64,000 bases of DNA from Octopus bimaculoides. Its lineage: Eukaryota. The stretch is taken from NCBI RefSeq assembly GCF_001194135.2, contig NC_068985.1, positions 21,128,490 through 21,192,489 of the forward strand, given 5' to 3'. The position numbers and the translations under genes are program-made. Below the pieces are notes generated by a model. That model was not told the DNA's origin and ran no database searches. It saw only the letters and a list, made by a program, of their open reading frames with translations. Shown piece by piece: positions 51,600 through 64,000 of the stretch. Numbering within the stretch: the first letter of the stretch is position 1; each line of letters starts with the position of its first letter.

Positions 51600-52340
51600 T
51601 GAATATTGGAAAAGACTTACCTGTATGATGATGAGTCACACCAGTTATCAAAATGAGACATTATGATTTCTGCCGAATGCTGTGTGAACAATGTAAAGAC
51701 AGTAAGATGTGACATGGACAACATGAAACCCAAGTTCCACCAAACTGTAATGGCCTTTGGGTGTGTCTCCAGTGAGGGTGACATCATGCTACTCTGCATC
51801 TTTGAACGGGTCCTTGGGCTCAATTCAGATGGTTATGTGAAGCTGCTGGAAACTGTTGGGAAACCCTGGCTAGAGAAGGTTGCTGACGGAAGGTCATATG
51901 TGTGGCAGCAGGATTCATTCAGCTCCTTACCATATCTCCAGAAAAAGTGACAAGTGGTTGTTGGAGAATTTCTACAACTTCACCAGCCCCAATTTCTGGT
52001 CTCATAATTCTCCTAATTGTAATCCCATGAATTACTATGTATGGGATGAGATTGAGAAAGACACAAACTGCTCTGCTTGCAACACCAAAGCCAAGCTGGT
52101 GGCCAAGACCAAGAAGGTCTTTGCAGATCTTCCCACATACACAGTGAGAAACTCATGTGCCACGTTCCAGAACTGTCTTAAAGCCATAGTGGAAGCTGAG
52201 GGCAGCTACTTTAAGTAGACTGTCATCTTCCAGCCATAATCTACTTGATACATTTTGAATTTTCAAAATATTTTTAGATTAGATATTGCGTTCTCTTTTC
52301 CTTTTATGCAAACTGCCAAATCTATTCCACACACCCTGTT
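51600..52340 (+). mobile_element. maT (DD37D) Tc1/mariner transposase remnant
   Basis: VMAFGCVSSEGD, YVWQQDS(AP)YH...NSPNCNPMNYYVW. There are 37 residues between the second Asp and the expected third Asp position (mutated to N); one frameshift. Confidence 0.85.
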
Positions 52341-53525
52341 GAGGTTCTAACCATTATGCAGCAAAGTGACCAGATATGTATGGAATATTAGTTAACCCCT
52401 ACTCTTTATTTGGTTAACCCCTACTCTTTGAATGTTGAGTGTTGATGATTGATAATGATGATATCTATCTAAATAACAACTAGACATGATATTGTTTAAC
52501 TTTGGAGATTGAACAAGCACCCATGCGTATCTGCAAGATGAATATAACGTTCATCAGTGAATGCTAATTTAGCATAGGGTAACTGAAGTACTACAAAGGC
52601 ACTGGCTGGTAGCTAAGGTCCTTAGTTTTACTCCTTAACTGATCTCTGGTTTCAAATATATTCTATTTCCTTACTCTTGAAATATTCTGTTTTGTATAAA
52701 CATGGCTACAAATTTTCTGTTATGATATATATGTTATATCACAATACTTCTTTTTTAGGACTCTTAAAAGAAAAACTAGATTACTAGTAGATGCTAGTAG
52801 AAACACTATAACAATTTATTCAAATATCCAAATTGTTTGACCCAACTACATTAAAAAAATAGATATAAAATGAATTTAAGAAGCATTTCAAGATGCTTTG
52901 CATAAATTTCAAGACACTTTGCATAAATTAAAAGCTTCATTGAAGAAGCAGGTGATAATTTACATTTTGATATATGAACAAAAAAAGAATAAAAGAAAAA
53001 AACCTGGAGTTATTTCTCTTCCTTAAATTTATATTTATATTTACTTGAAAATGTCAGTAACGAACAAAAAAAAAATCTATGCACACATTAAGAATAAATA
53101 TTTGAGAGTTTTTCTTTGTCAATCAATGACTGACAACATATTTTAACTAACATAAAGATGAATATAGTTCGACTATATTTAGTTTACCAAATGATTGCTC
53201 TTGAAAGAACTTTATTAACACAGTAAAGTCAAATACATTCCTTGAAGCCTAATGATCACCAAAGATTGAAACCAACAATTAAGTTTAATACAAATAATGC
53301 AGACTAAAATAATTGTTCATCTCTTCTCTCCCTTCTTGATTATTCTTTCAACTTAAGTGTTATTATATGCATTGGCTTATTGGCTTATCTACAGTATACA
53401 CCAGTAATAACCCCATTGTGTTAAATAATGACTAATACAACAATAGATTATGGAACCTGGTGCAGCCTCTGGCCTTGCCAGCTCTTATCTAGCTGTCCAA
53501 CCCATGGAAAATGGACATTAAATAA

Positions 53526-53533
53526 TAATAATC

Positions 53534-53583
<50 letters not shown>

Positions 53584-53595
53584 AATGACAATGAT

Positions 53596-53626
<31 letters not shown>

Positions 53627-53788
53627 CTAAATAAGAATGATGCTGATGACGATGGTGACGACTATAGTGTTGAAGTAGTGGTGGTGGTGGTGGTGCTGCT
53701 GCTGCTGCCGCTGCTGCTGCTGCTGCCGCTGCTGCTGCCACCGCCACCGCCGCCGCCGCCGCTGCCACTGCTGTTGCTGCTGCTGCTG

Positions 53789-53837
<49 letters not shown>

Positions 53838-53838
53838 A
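53526..53838. repeat. Compound trinucleotide array (GAT, GTA, GGT, GCT, GCC, ACT)
   Basis: Direct reading; begins as the (GAT)n tail of an RTE-like 3' end. Confidence 0.95.
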
Positions 53839-54210
53839 GGAACCAAGAGAGAATTTGTCTTAGAGGTTACATACCTTATAATTTAGTCTTAGCCAAAATA
53901 TACAGAAAACTTGCCAGAATAAAACTGAATTTAATACAGCATAGTAGATCCCCCAAAAGCAGATGTGGTACTGAAGAAAAAAACATTGTATTAATGTCCA
54001 CTTTTCCATGCTTGCATGGGTCAGAGAATAATTTTGTTAAAGCAGATTCTTCATTTGAAAGAATCCCTTCCTGCTGCCAACTTTCATCTATTTTCAAGAA
54101 AGGCTATACTTCCTCCTAGTCTATCAAGCCATGAATAATCTAAACAAGCTTTCACACAAGATTGTAAATAAATGACATTGTTTGTATAAACAGTGACATT
54201 TTGTTTACAG

Positions 54211-54229
54211 TCAACCTGTACATGTCAAG
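54211..54229 (+). CDS. Candidate 19-nt microexon (TCAACCTGTACATGTCAAG)
   Basis: Acceptor ttttgtttacag, strong donor AAG|GTAAGA. All frames are open, so the frame depends on the upstream exon. Confidence 0.4.
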
Positions 54230-54885
54230 GTAAGAAAAATATATACACTATCACATACACACACACACACACACACATGCACACACANNNNNNNNNNNNN
54301 NNNNNNNNNNNNNNNNNNNNNNNNNNNNNNNNNNNNNNNNNNNNNNNNNNNNNNNNNNNNNNNNNNNNNNNNNNNNNNNNNNNNNNNNNNNNNNNNNNNN
54401 NNNNNNNNNNNNNNNNNNNNNNNNNNNNNNNNNNNNNNNNNNNNNNNNNNNNNNNNNNNNNNNNNNNNNNNNNNNNNNNNNNNNNNNNNNNNNNNNNNNN
54501 NNNNNNNNNNNNNNNNNNTATATATATATATGTATATATATATATCTGCCAGTGCTCCCTGACAGGCTTCCATGCCGGTGACATGTAAAATGCACCATCC
54601 AAACATGGGCAAAATCCTAATTTCCTGTATCAAAAACATAGGAATCAGAAGACATTTAGGAAAAAAATAAGGTGGAGGTGTAAATGTCACCTCAGACATG
54701 CTAGAAACAACAGGTAAAGGACAGGATTTCTGGAAAAACCTCCTTTTAAGTTTATATCGAAGATCAGGTTTTTAAATAAGCTCATCACAAATTACACAAT
54801 AGAAGAAGATCATTTCAGTTGGATTTGAGCTGTAATTTTGCACATGCACACAGCAAGAAATAACATAGTTCATACAGAACTTTTA

Positions 54886-54926
<41 letters not shown>

Positions 54927-55110
54927 CGTGCGCGTGCGTGCGTGCGTGCGTGTGCACGCATGTGTGTGTGCACACATGTGTGTGTGTACACATGTGTGTG
55001 TGCATGAGAGAGAGAGAGTGAGTGAGTGAGTGAAGGTCTGTGTTGTCATGTATGTATTTTTTGTAAGTATATGTAAGTGGCACTCACTCTCTCTCTTTTT
55101 CTCTCTTTCC

Positions 55111-55142
<32 letters not shown>

Positions 55143-55734
55143 AACACACTATGTTTCATAGACACATACATAAATACATATACATCTTTTTTGTATGTAT
55201 GTGTGCGTGTGCATGTGAGAGAGAGTGAGTGACTGTAATTTCTCATAATATAGAGAAATGGATGTCTTTCAATGAAATTTATTTGGTTGTGGCTTATTTT
55301 AATACAATATTTATGTGTACATTTTCATAAATGTTTGTCTGAGTAGAATTGTACGCATGCATAAAACACTGGATGAAAGTGAAACATAAGAAGCAAATTG
55401 AAATATTGCCTGAAAATGATCTCAAAATTGTGCAACCCGAACTCATTTCCAAGGTTATTTTAGTTGTAAAAAAGAGTTGTGTCAAAAACAATTCATTTGG
55501 TAGCCTTTATATATATAGATATGTGATAGGCAGGTTTTTTATTATAGTATAGATATTGTACAACCCGACCTGATTTCAGAGAAAGATTACTTTCATTATT
55601 CATATATTGTCACTCTCATAATGCAACACTTTATAATTTTGTTTCAAATTGAAAGTGCTATAGCTGGTTGTTGAGATAACATAGAAAATATGTAAATGAG
55701 AGACCAGTTGAGCAAGAGACCAACAAAACTCCTT

Positions 55735-55783
55735 ATCGGTCTCTTTTACTGAACTGCTGTTAGCATCGGTTGTCAAGCAATGA

Positions 55784-55862
<79 letters not shown>

Positions 55863-56350
55863 CACACACACACACACACGCACGCACACACACACACACA
55901 CATATATACATATATATATACATATATACGACGGGCTTCTTTCAGTTTCTGTTTACCAAATCCACTCACAAGGCTTTGGTCAGCCCGAGGCTATAGTAGA
56001 AGACACTTACCCAAGGTGCCACACAGTGGGACTGAAACTGGAACCATGTGGTTGGTAAACAAGCTAATTACCACACAGCTACAACAGGCCTTTCATTTTC
56101 TATCCACCAAACTTACTCACAAGGCTTTGGTCAGCCCAGGGCTACAGTAGAAGACAGTGAATCCAAAAGCATGTGGTTAGGAAGCAAGCTTCTTACTACA
56201 CAACCATAAGTGCTTCTAGTTTCTGTTTGCTAAATTTCACTCACAAGGCATTGGTCAACCCACAGCTACAGGAGAAGACACCATCCAAAGGTATCCGTGA
56301 ACTAGAAACAAACTCTCAACTACATGAGTCTGAAGCAAACTTCTTCACTC
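55735..56350 (-). mobile_element. SINE family A followed by two further head fragments
   Basis: actcacaaggc.ttggtca.ccc repeated near 55966, 56116 and 56240. Confidence 0.75.
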
Positions 56351-57744
56351 CACAAATATACCTACACCCATTATCAGTTGAGATTTTTTTAGAACAATCC
56401 TTCAATAATTGATTGATTATTGCAAACAAAGAATTACAAAATGTCTCCTCTATAACATCCTCAGTAGCTAAGATTTTTGCTCTCATTAATAACACATTAT
56501 GCAATTTTTGCTAAAGTCTGGGGCATCGTACAGAGATCTAACATGTCTAAATCACAAAATAGCAATCAAATACAGTAAGCAGTCACCTAAGAAACTAAAG
56601 TGGTATGATTTTCAAATAAAATATATAAAATAAAAGTTGCTGCTGACATTAGCAACAGAAACATGTAAAATAGGAAAAAATCATCCCATTAAATTGCCTT
56701 TCTTTTCTTTCATTTTTTTTTTTTCTTTTTTTTGTTATTGTTTACGAACTGTAAATGTAGATGAATCAATCTGAAGCATATTCCGAAAATAAATGAAATG
56801 AAATGCAAAAATAGAAGAAAAGCTTGAGATGACAGCTTTTAACCATTGTAGGTCCACAATAAAGCCAACTAATGAAAATTCATACTCTTTTAGCCATTTT
56901 GCTGTTTCATGTGAAGTAACAAAAAGCAAAGCTATGAAAAATTTTAGCTGTCTTGCAATATAACCAGTGGATCTCTCTATTTAATACAATTCTATCATCA
57001 AACCTAAAACTGTTCCTGGTTCTATATTACAACGCCTCCCATTTTAACCCTTTTGTTACCATATTTTTATTAGTAATACAGTTTCTTTCAATTTAGAAAA
57101 TAATGATGAATATAGTAAAATAACTTTATCATTATTAAGCTGAAACATAAATTAACATGAAGTTCTAATGAGAAGATTTCTCTCTCGTTCTTCACCTTTT
57201 CCCATCTTTAAGGCTATGCTCCTCCTCTTTATCATCTCTTTATGATCCTCCTCACCTCTACTTTCTCCTTTCCTCTCTCAATCTCCTTCATATCCTTCTA
57301 TTGAACACCTCATTACGATAGATAGTTATCTCTATAACCTTATCATCACCAACCACCAACTACATTTCATCAAAATATCTTCCTTTCCCACTTGGACTGT
57401 AAATCTTACCTGCCGTTCTATTTAGACATATTCTATTTTCCTTTCCGCTATATGCATTCTTCTGCTGACAACAGGATGGATTACATCCATATTCTACACT
57501 GCAGACAAGCTGCACAGATCTGCATCTAATATGCAACTGTCCAAGAAACAGCTGTAAAGTGCTATTTGTATCTCCCCTTTCCATCTTTTGTGTTTTTCAC
57601 TAGTGACACCATGGGTTTTATTTACCTGTCTAGGTCAACTCAACACAAAGAACTTGTTTATTTCATCCAGGAGTGTATCAGTCTACAATGAATCATTATG
57701 CACATTCATCTTCCAGATCTTTCCCATTTTCCTGCTATATACAT

Positions 57745-58650
57745 ACTAGCAGAGGCACCCGGCGTTGCTCGGGAATGAAATTGTTGCTTATATACTTGAA
57801 GAAAAAAAGGCAAAATATGCTGTATAGAAATTTGAGGACATTTTGTAGATGGACTCTCAGATGAATGATGGCTGGGCGCCTCTCATGAATGGGGAAAATT
57901 GAAGATATGCCAAAAAGCCTCATTGGTACTTGGAAACTTTTACGAAAATTAAAATGCGGATTAAATGAAAAAAANNNNNNNNNNCGTGTGTCTTTGTAAA
58001 TATGTTTGTATATATTTATGTATGTGTGTGTTTGTAAGAGACAGAGTGTGAGTGAGAGAGAGAGGTTTGTTGTCATGTATACGTACATGCATAAATATAC
58101 ATACATTTTTGGATGTATGCATATGACAACACAGCCCTTGACTCACTCACACTCTGTCTCTTACAAACACGCACGCGCGCGCATACACACGTGTGTCTTT
58201 GTAAATATGTTTGTATACATTTAGGTGGACATTGGAATTAGATGCTGAGGGAAAATGGCTGTAACTTTTTTATTTTTTAATTTTGACGATTTTCGTTTTC
58301 GATAATGTGTTCTATATGTCACGGTCATGCGATTCCCCCTTTAAAATTTTGGACCAGTGTGAGTGAGTCAAGGGGTGTGTGTGTATGTGTGTGTGTGTGT
58401 ATGTGTGTGAGAGAGAGCGGTGTGTATGTAGTATTTACTCTCTCTCTCTCTCTCTCTCTCTCTCATACACACGAACACACAAAATAGAGAGTGAAACTTT
58501 TTGCGGTTGTTACGTCAATACCGGAAGTTGACATTGAGGAACCTTTTTAAAGAAGTGAATCTTAAATATAAAGCAATATTATTTATTTTTAATTAAAAAA
58601 AATCAAATGAAGAGCCTAAGATTTATTCGAGGTCAAATTATTCATGCATT
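57745..58650. mobile_element. Helitron/Helentron-like non-autonomous element
   Basis: Terminus actagcagaggcacccggcgttgctcggg (similar motif at 38398), internal microsatellites, CpG-rich. The other boundary is uncertain. Confidence 0.4.
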
Positions 58651-58682
58651 ACAATTATGGAAGCATTTGGTGAAGTCGATTT

Positions 58683-59063
58683 ACTTGTTTCAGTCATTTG
58701 ACTGCAGCCATGCTGGAGGCTGGAGCACCACCTTTAGTCAAGCAAACCGACTCAACAGGACTTATTCTTTGGAAGCCTAGTACTTATTCTATCAGTCTCT
58801 TTTGCCGAACCGCTAAGTTACAGAGACGTAAACACACCAGCATCGGTTGTCAAGTGATGTTGGAGGGGACAAACACAGACACACACACACACACACATAC
58901 ATATGACAGGCTTCTTTTAGTTTCCGTCTACCAAATCCACTCACAAGGCTATGGTCAGCTCGAGGCTATAGTAGAAGACACTTTCCCAAGGTGCCACACA
59001 GTAGAACTGAACCCGGAACCATGTGGTTGGTAAGCAAGCTACTTACCACACAGCCACTCCTAC
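58683..59063 (-). mobile_element. Full-length SINE family A
   Basis: Reverse complement of 20042-20463. Confidence 0.9.
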
Positions 59064-59064
59064 A

Positions 59065-59100
<36 letters not shown>

Positions 59101-61964
59101 ATGTTATATAGATATGTTATATATTGATCTGATACCTTGAAACTGCTTATTTATATTACATCAACTCTCCTATGACATCTTGTCATATATAACATACACA
59201 CACACATACCGATCACTGATCCCTCCATCACTTGCCTAACTACTGTAGTATTTTGCTGCTGTAATTAAATGGCAGCAGAATTATATACTTGATCATACTT
59301 ATCTGTGCTACCAGTTATCTCTTCCCCTACCTTTGGCACTTCCTTTGACATATACTCTTCATTCTTAATATTGTCCCTCCCCACTCACTTTACATTGATC
59401 AATATTCTATGTCACCAATTATCTCTCCCTTTTCTTTGAGCCACCCCTATTACCATGTCTCTCCCAACAAATTGTTACAACCTACACATCCATCCTTACC
59501 CATCATCTCCTTTTCATTCTTCTTCTGTCAATTGTATTATTATTATTCTGCTGCTCTTCCTCCCTCTGTACTGACAGTCATCACCACCTCTCCTTTACCT
59601 TCTCATCAATTCATATTTATCATCAATCATTTCTCAACTCTTCTCTGCCACACACACACACACCCACTGTATCTCTGACTTTCCCTCATCCACCCCATAC
59701 ACTCTTGCAACCTCTACCCACCCTTCCATCCCCATTCTCTTTTCTGCTCACTTTCTCATACCATCTTCATCTCCCTTTCCATATCCACTCTGATTAGCTT
59801 CACTCACTCATAAGTAATGCAAGGTAGGCATATATCTCTTCTACAGTCAGAAACCTGTTCCTGCCCCTTCTTTCATACATTAACCTCCCAACACCTAGGA
59901 TAAATGCACCTCCCTCTCTACTATACTGTCACTCACTTGAGGCAGAGCTTAGTCTTGTCAGTTATATGGTAACCTCACTAGTGCTGGTGCCATGAAAAAC
60001 GTATCCAGTACACTCTATAAAGTTATTGGCATTTAGGAAGAGAGCATTTGGCCATAGTAACTGTATCAGCAGACATTGGACCATTACACAGTCATCTAAC
60101 TCGTAAGATGTTGTTGAACTGTGCAACCAATGTCAGTATGTATGTGTGTGTGTGTGTGTGTGTGTGCGTGTGCGTGTAAAATATATCTATATATAGGACT
60201 ACTGCATCATAGATGACATGTAACTCTCAATTTTCAATTTGTTGAATTTATCTGACAGCTAACAACAAATCATTATATCATCCGAAATCTGTTTCCAAAT
60301 TCCCACCTCATTATATAAATATCCTTTCTTAAAGGTTTGATGTGCAAGAAATAGGTGAAAATATAATCTCCATGTATGCATGTGTGTGTGTGTGTGTGTG
60401 TATACATCTAAGTTATGATAAGAAAATGATGAATAGAATTATAGAGTGTAATCATCGGTTGTAGATTTCAAAATTGCGTCGTAATAACTCTTTGCTGTTA
60501 TGTACCACTACCACTTGATGACCTCAAATGAGTGTTGTTCAGTCTAATCATACAGTTGCTGTGTGTTTAAAAATATTTCCAAACTTTTTATTCAAATTAA
60601 TGGCTAGCGATGTAATTGTTTCAAATGATTCAAAATGGAAATAATCCAACTATTTTTACAGTGTCAAGTGATCTTAAACCTCGCATGAACCATCACTAAA
60701 GAATTCTATTGTGTCACAAGAAAGTCTAATTATACATTTATTCAAAATGTACCTACAGTAATTGCTTTGTTTACTTCTGCAAAAACATGGACAAAAATAA
60801 TTGCATTTGTTTTCTTTCTGCCAAGATATAAACTGTAATTTTAGTTATCTGATTTTTTTTCTTCTGTTCATCACAAGTATGTGTGAATATTTTATGATGC
60901 TTCTATATTTATTTTGTAGGCATATATTTAATATATTTTCAATGAAAACTGAAAGAAAGATATAATTTCGTTAGACAAAATTACAAGTCTTTTTTTTTAT
61001 GTCAGATGATAAAAGAATTCTGTTTGTTTGGCAATTCTTTTATACCACATCTTGTCAAATTATTTATTTCCATCCCTGATATAATTATTTTTTTCCTAGC
61101 AATAACAAAACTGCCACATTTTAGATTTTCTTGTCTGTGGCCCTTTGTTATTCTAACTCAAATTCCTTTATACTAGTTAAAAATTGTTAATTTATTATTT
61201 ATTTGGCCTGCATCTGTTCAATCTCCATCAAACATTAACATATACTTCTTTTACATTATCAATTCTCATTGATTAGTTTTCACTCTTACACAAAGACGTC
61301 AGCTTTCATAATTTTGGACACTGATTCCTGTAGTTATTCTTGGTTCATTCTGCAACTATTATAGACTTTATGCTTTCATTGTTATCAAACATATACATCA
61401 TACAGAGTGGTGCTATTCAGAATACTTTACTTTTTTAATCACTATTTATTCTACTGTAGCTATAATAGTTGTTCTTTTATAAGTCCTTTAAAAATCCCAT
61501 GCTTGCTGCAATCCTATTTCTGATCTGCCAGTGCACTCTTTTCCTCTTTATAGCTCTTTTAATGTTTTTTTTTTGTTTGTTTGGGGGTTTTTTTTTGTTT
61601 TTGTTTTTTTTGTCTTGGTGTGTTTTTATCATGCATACTTTGCATGTTCTTTGACTATCATTACCATCTCGCTTTACTTGTCATACTGCTGCTTTCTGCT
61701 TCCACTTTTGCCCTTCTCTGACAATTTGCTGAGCACTGTATTCAATAAAGTCATTATCATTATTAGCAATTTCACCTATCACTACGTTCTGTGTTCAAAT
61801 TCCACCAAGGTCGACTTTGCCTTTCATTCTTTCAGGATTGATAAATCAATTATCAGTGAACAATGAGGTTGATGTAATTGACTAGTCCCTTCCACCGAAA
61901 TTTCAATGTAATCAACTAACCAACTCCCACTAAAACTGGTGGCTTTGTGCTTAATTTTGAAACA

Positions 61965-62212
61965 TCATCATCGTTTAACGTCCGCTTTCCATGCTAGCAT
62001 GGGTTGGACGATTTGACTGAGGACTGGTGAAACCAGATGGCTACACCAGGCTCCAATCTGATTTGGCAGAGTTTCTACAGCTGGATGCCCTTCCTAACGC
62101 CAACCACTCCGAGAGTGTAGTGGGTGCTTTTACGTGCCACGGGCATGAGGGCCAGTCAGGCAGTACTGGCAACAGCCATGCTAAAATGGTGTTTTTTACG
62201 TGTCTCCTGCAC
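61965..62212 (-). mobile_element. RTE LINE 3' end
   Basis: catcatcatcgtttaacgtccgctttccatgctagcatgggttgg... Confidence 0.85.
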
Positions 62213-62235
62213 AGGATTATTGTTATTATTATTAG

Positions 62236-63625
62236 TTGACTTGACTTAGGATTAGTCTTATTCCTGGTGGAATTTATATGGGTAGCAGATTACTACCTGT
62301 AACCTAAGACATTCACAATCTTTCAATAATCTTTTAAGTACTCAAAACCCTTCTGATATCCTCTCCTATTCCTAAGAGGCAAACTTTCTGTAGGTCTACA
62401 GGACATTCCACTCCAATCTCCTTCAATTGTTTGTCTATATCATTACTCATAGTCCCTAATTCACCAATTATTACAGGCACAACCTTTACAGTTTTCATAT
62501 TCCAAATTGTTGCCATTTCAAATTTTAAGAGATTGTATTTTTTAATTATTCATCTTCTTCCTTCACAATCCTGGTATCAAGCAAATATGACGGATTAATC
62601 AGTAAGCACCTTTGCTTTTCTTTGTCTATCATCGTTATATCTCGTTTATTATTTTCTATCTTATCTATTTGAATTGGAAAATCCCATAATTGTGTACTTC
62701 TCCAACTCAAGCACTCTTTCAACTCAATGATTATATCAAGTATTTCCAGCTCCAAATCCCCATTTCTGACAAAGCTTTCAGAGCAAAACTTTCATGCCTC
62801 CATTTCTTATATTCTCCCTGAGTCAACTTGGAACATTCTGCAACAATATGTGCCGTTTATCATCTCAAATTCCAAACACTCTACATTTTACAGACACCTT
62901 CTCCCCATACACATATTTCCTTAAGTTGTTTATTTTCAACATTTGATCAGAGCTGCAACAATAAGGCTCTCTGTTTTATTTTCAACTGCCCTTTTTTCAA
63001 CCAGGGCCAGGTTTTTATTCCATATACATCCTCAGTAACCTTCCAAAACTGACCATGCAAAAGCTTCTCTTCAATTTGTTTAATATGCTCTTTTTTGAAT
63101 TTCATTCTTGTCTTTTACTCTTATTTTACACTTGATCACCTGTTCTTTATTCGGTGCCTTTCATAATTTCTATGTGCTGTTATGTGATTACTCTAGGAGG
63201 CATTTTCTTTCCATCTGTACATACTTTTACACATATATTAAGCCTCTTCCACCCTAGTCTCTCTTCAAGTACAACCACTTAATATTAGCTTTCATATGGT
63301 AGGCTCCTAACATAGTCAACAGCTTTCTAAGTTTTTCTGTCAAGTTTCTGTGTCACTTTTTGTCCGTTCTACAATTCCAGCTCGATATCTGATTATAGGT
63401 ACTGCTCTTGCATTTATTGCTTTAATAACATATTTTGAATTCAACTTTGACTGTAAAATTTTTCTTACTCTCTTTGAATACTCCCTACCTGTAATTTGCT
63501 TCATTTTTTTTCACATTTTATTTCCTCTGCCTCCAGTATTCCCAAATATTTATAGCACTGTCCTTTTTCAACTGCGTTCATTGCTTATCCATTTAGCATT
63601 TCAGTTCCCTGACTTCCTTCAAATA
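62236..63625 (-). mobile_element. R4/Dong-clade retrotransposon 3' half (RT end plus restriction-like endonuclease)
   Basis: REYSKRVRKILQSKLNSKYVIKAINARAVPIIRYRAGIV; WDFPIQIDK..NNKRDITMIDKEKQRCLLI; IWNMKTVKVVPVIIGELGT...LQKVCLLG. The 3' end abuts (AAT)n. Confidence 0.9.
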
Positions 63626-63633
63626 TTCCCTGT

Positions 63634-64000
63634 TTCATCATCATCATCATCATCGTTTAACGTCTGCTTTCCATGCTAGCATGGGTTGGACGATTTGACT
63701 GAGGACTGGTGAAACCGGATGGCAACACCAGGCTCCAATCTAATTTGGCAGAGTTTCTACATCTGGATGCCCTTCCTAACGCCAACCACTCAGAGAGTGT
63801 AGTGGGTGCTTTTATGTGTCACCCTACGAAAGCCAGTCAGGCGGTACTGGCAATGATCATGCTCAAAATGGTGCATCTTATGTGCCACCCGCACAAGAGC
63901 CAGTCCAGGGGCACTGGCAACGATCTCACTTGGCTTGCCGGGTCTTCTCACGCACAGCACATTTCCAAAGGTCTCGCTCAGTAGTCATCGCCTCGGTGAG
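63634..64000 (-). mobile_element. RTE LINE 3' end including the ORF2 stop; continues beyond the window
   Basis: Same UTR as 40874-41725; gtcatcgcctcggtgag encodes LTEAMT on the minus strand. Confidence 0.9.

Larger units (their letters stand above)
25912..57984. other. Eight assembly gaps
   Basis: N runs at 25912-26000, 39052-39338, 41206-41396, 42322-42919, 47787-48313, 49161-49661, 54288-54518 and 57975-57984, mostly next to microsatellites. Confidence 0.99.

Noticed and set aside
52890-52950. Frame EAFQDALHKFQDTLHKLKASLKKQ with donor CAG|GTGATA
   Set aside because: Produced by a 21-nt tandem duplication; the acceptor lacks a pyrimidine tract.
53532-53863. Poly-Val/Ala/Leu/Pro ORFs
   Set aside because: Translations of a compound microsatellite.

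Overview
AT-rich eukaryotic DNA with eight N gaps. The repeat families resemble those I recall from cephalopods (probably Octopus sp.); this is not database-verified. Most of the window is transposon-derived: several tRNA-headed SINE families, RTE LINE 3' ends, two R4/Dong-like LINE fragments, Penelope-like elements (PLE), mariner and maT (DD37D) remnants, a hATm-like element with TIRs and an 8-bp TSD, MITEs, a Gypsy gag relic, and an LTR with a tRNA-Trp primer-binding site. Microsatellites are abundant. No long intact ORF exists; most of the supplied ORF track is noise from repeats and Ns. Two strongly spliced, phase-compatible short exons (46260-46310, 51037-51074) and weaker candidates suggest an unidentified intron-rich + strand gene. 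The most notable signals are two minus-strand type I hammerhead-ribozyme motifs sharing a GAAAC-AGCT-GTA core and a ~100-nt stem II extension, an unusually long tRNA-Trp-complementary PBS, a fold-back mariner, and a CpG-retaining central domain (~26.4-40.2 kb). Repeat boundaries are approximate unless a TIR or TSD is quoted.
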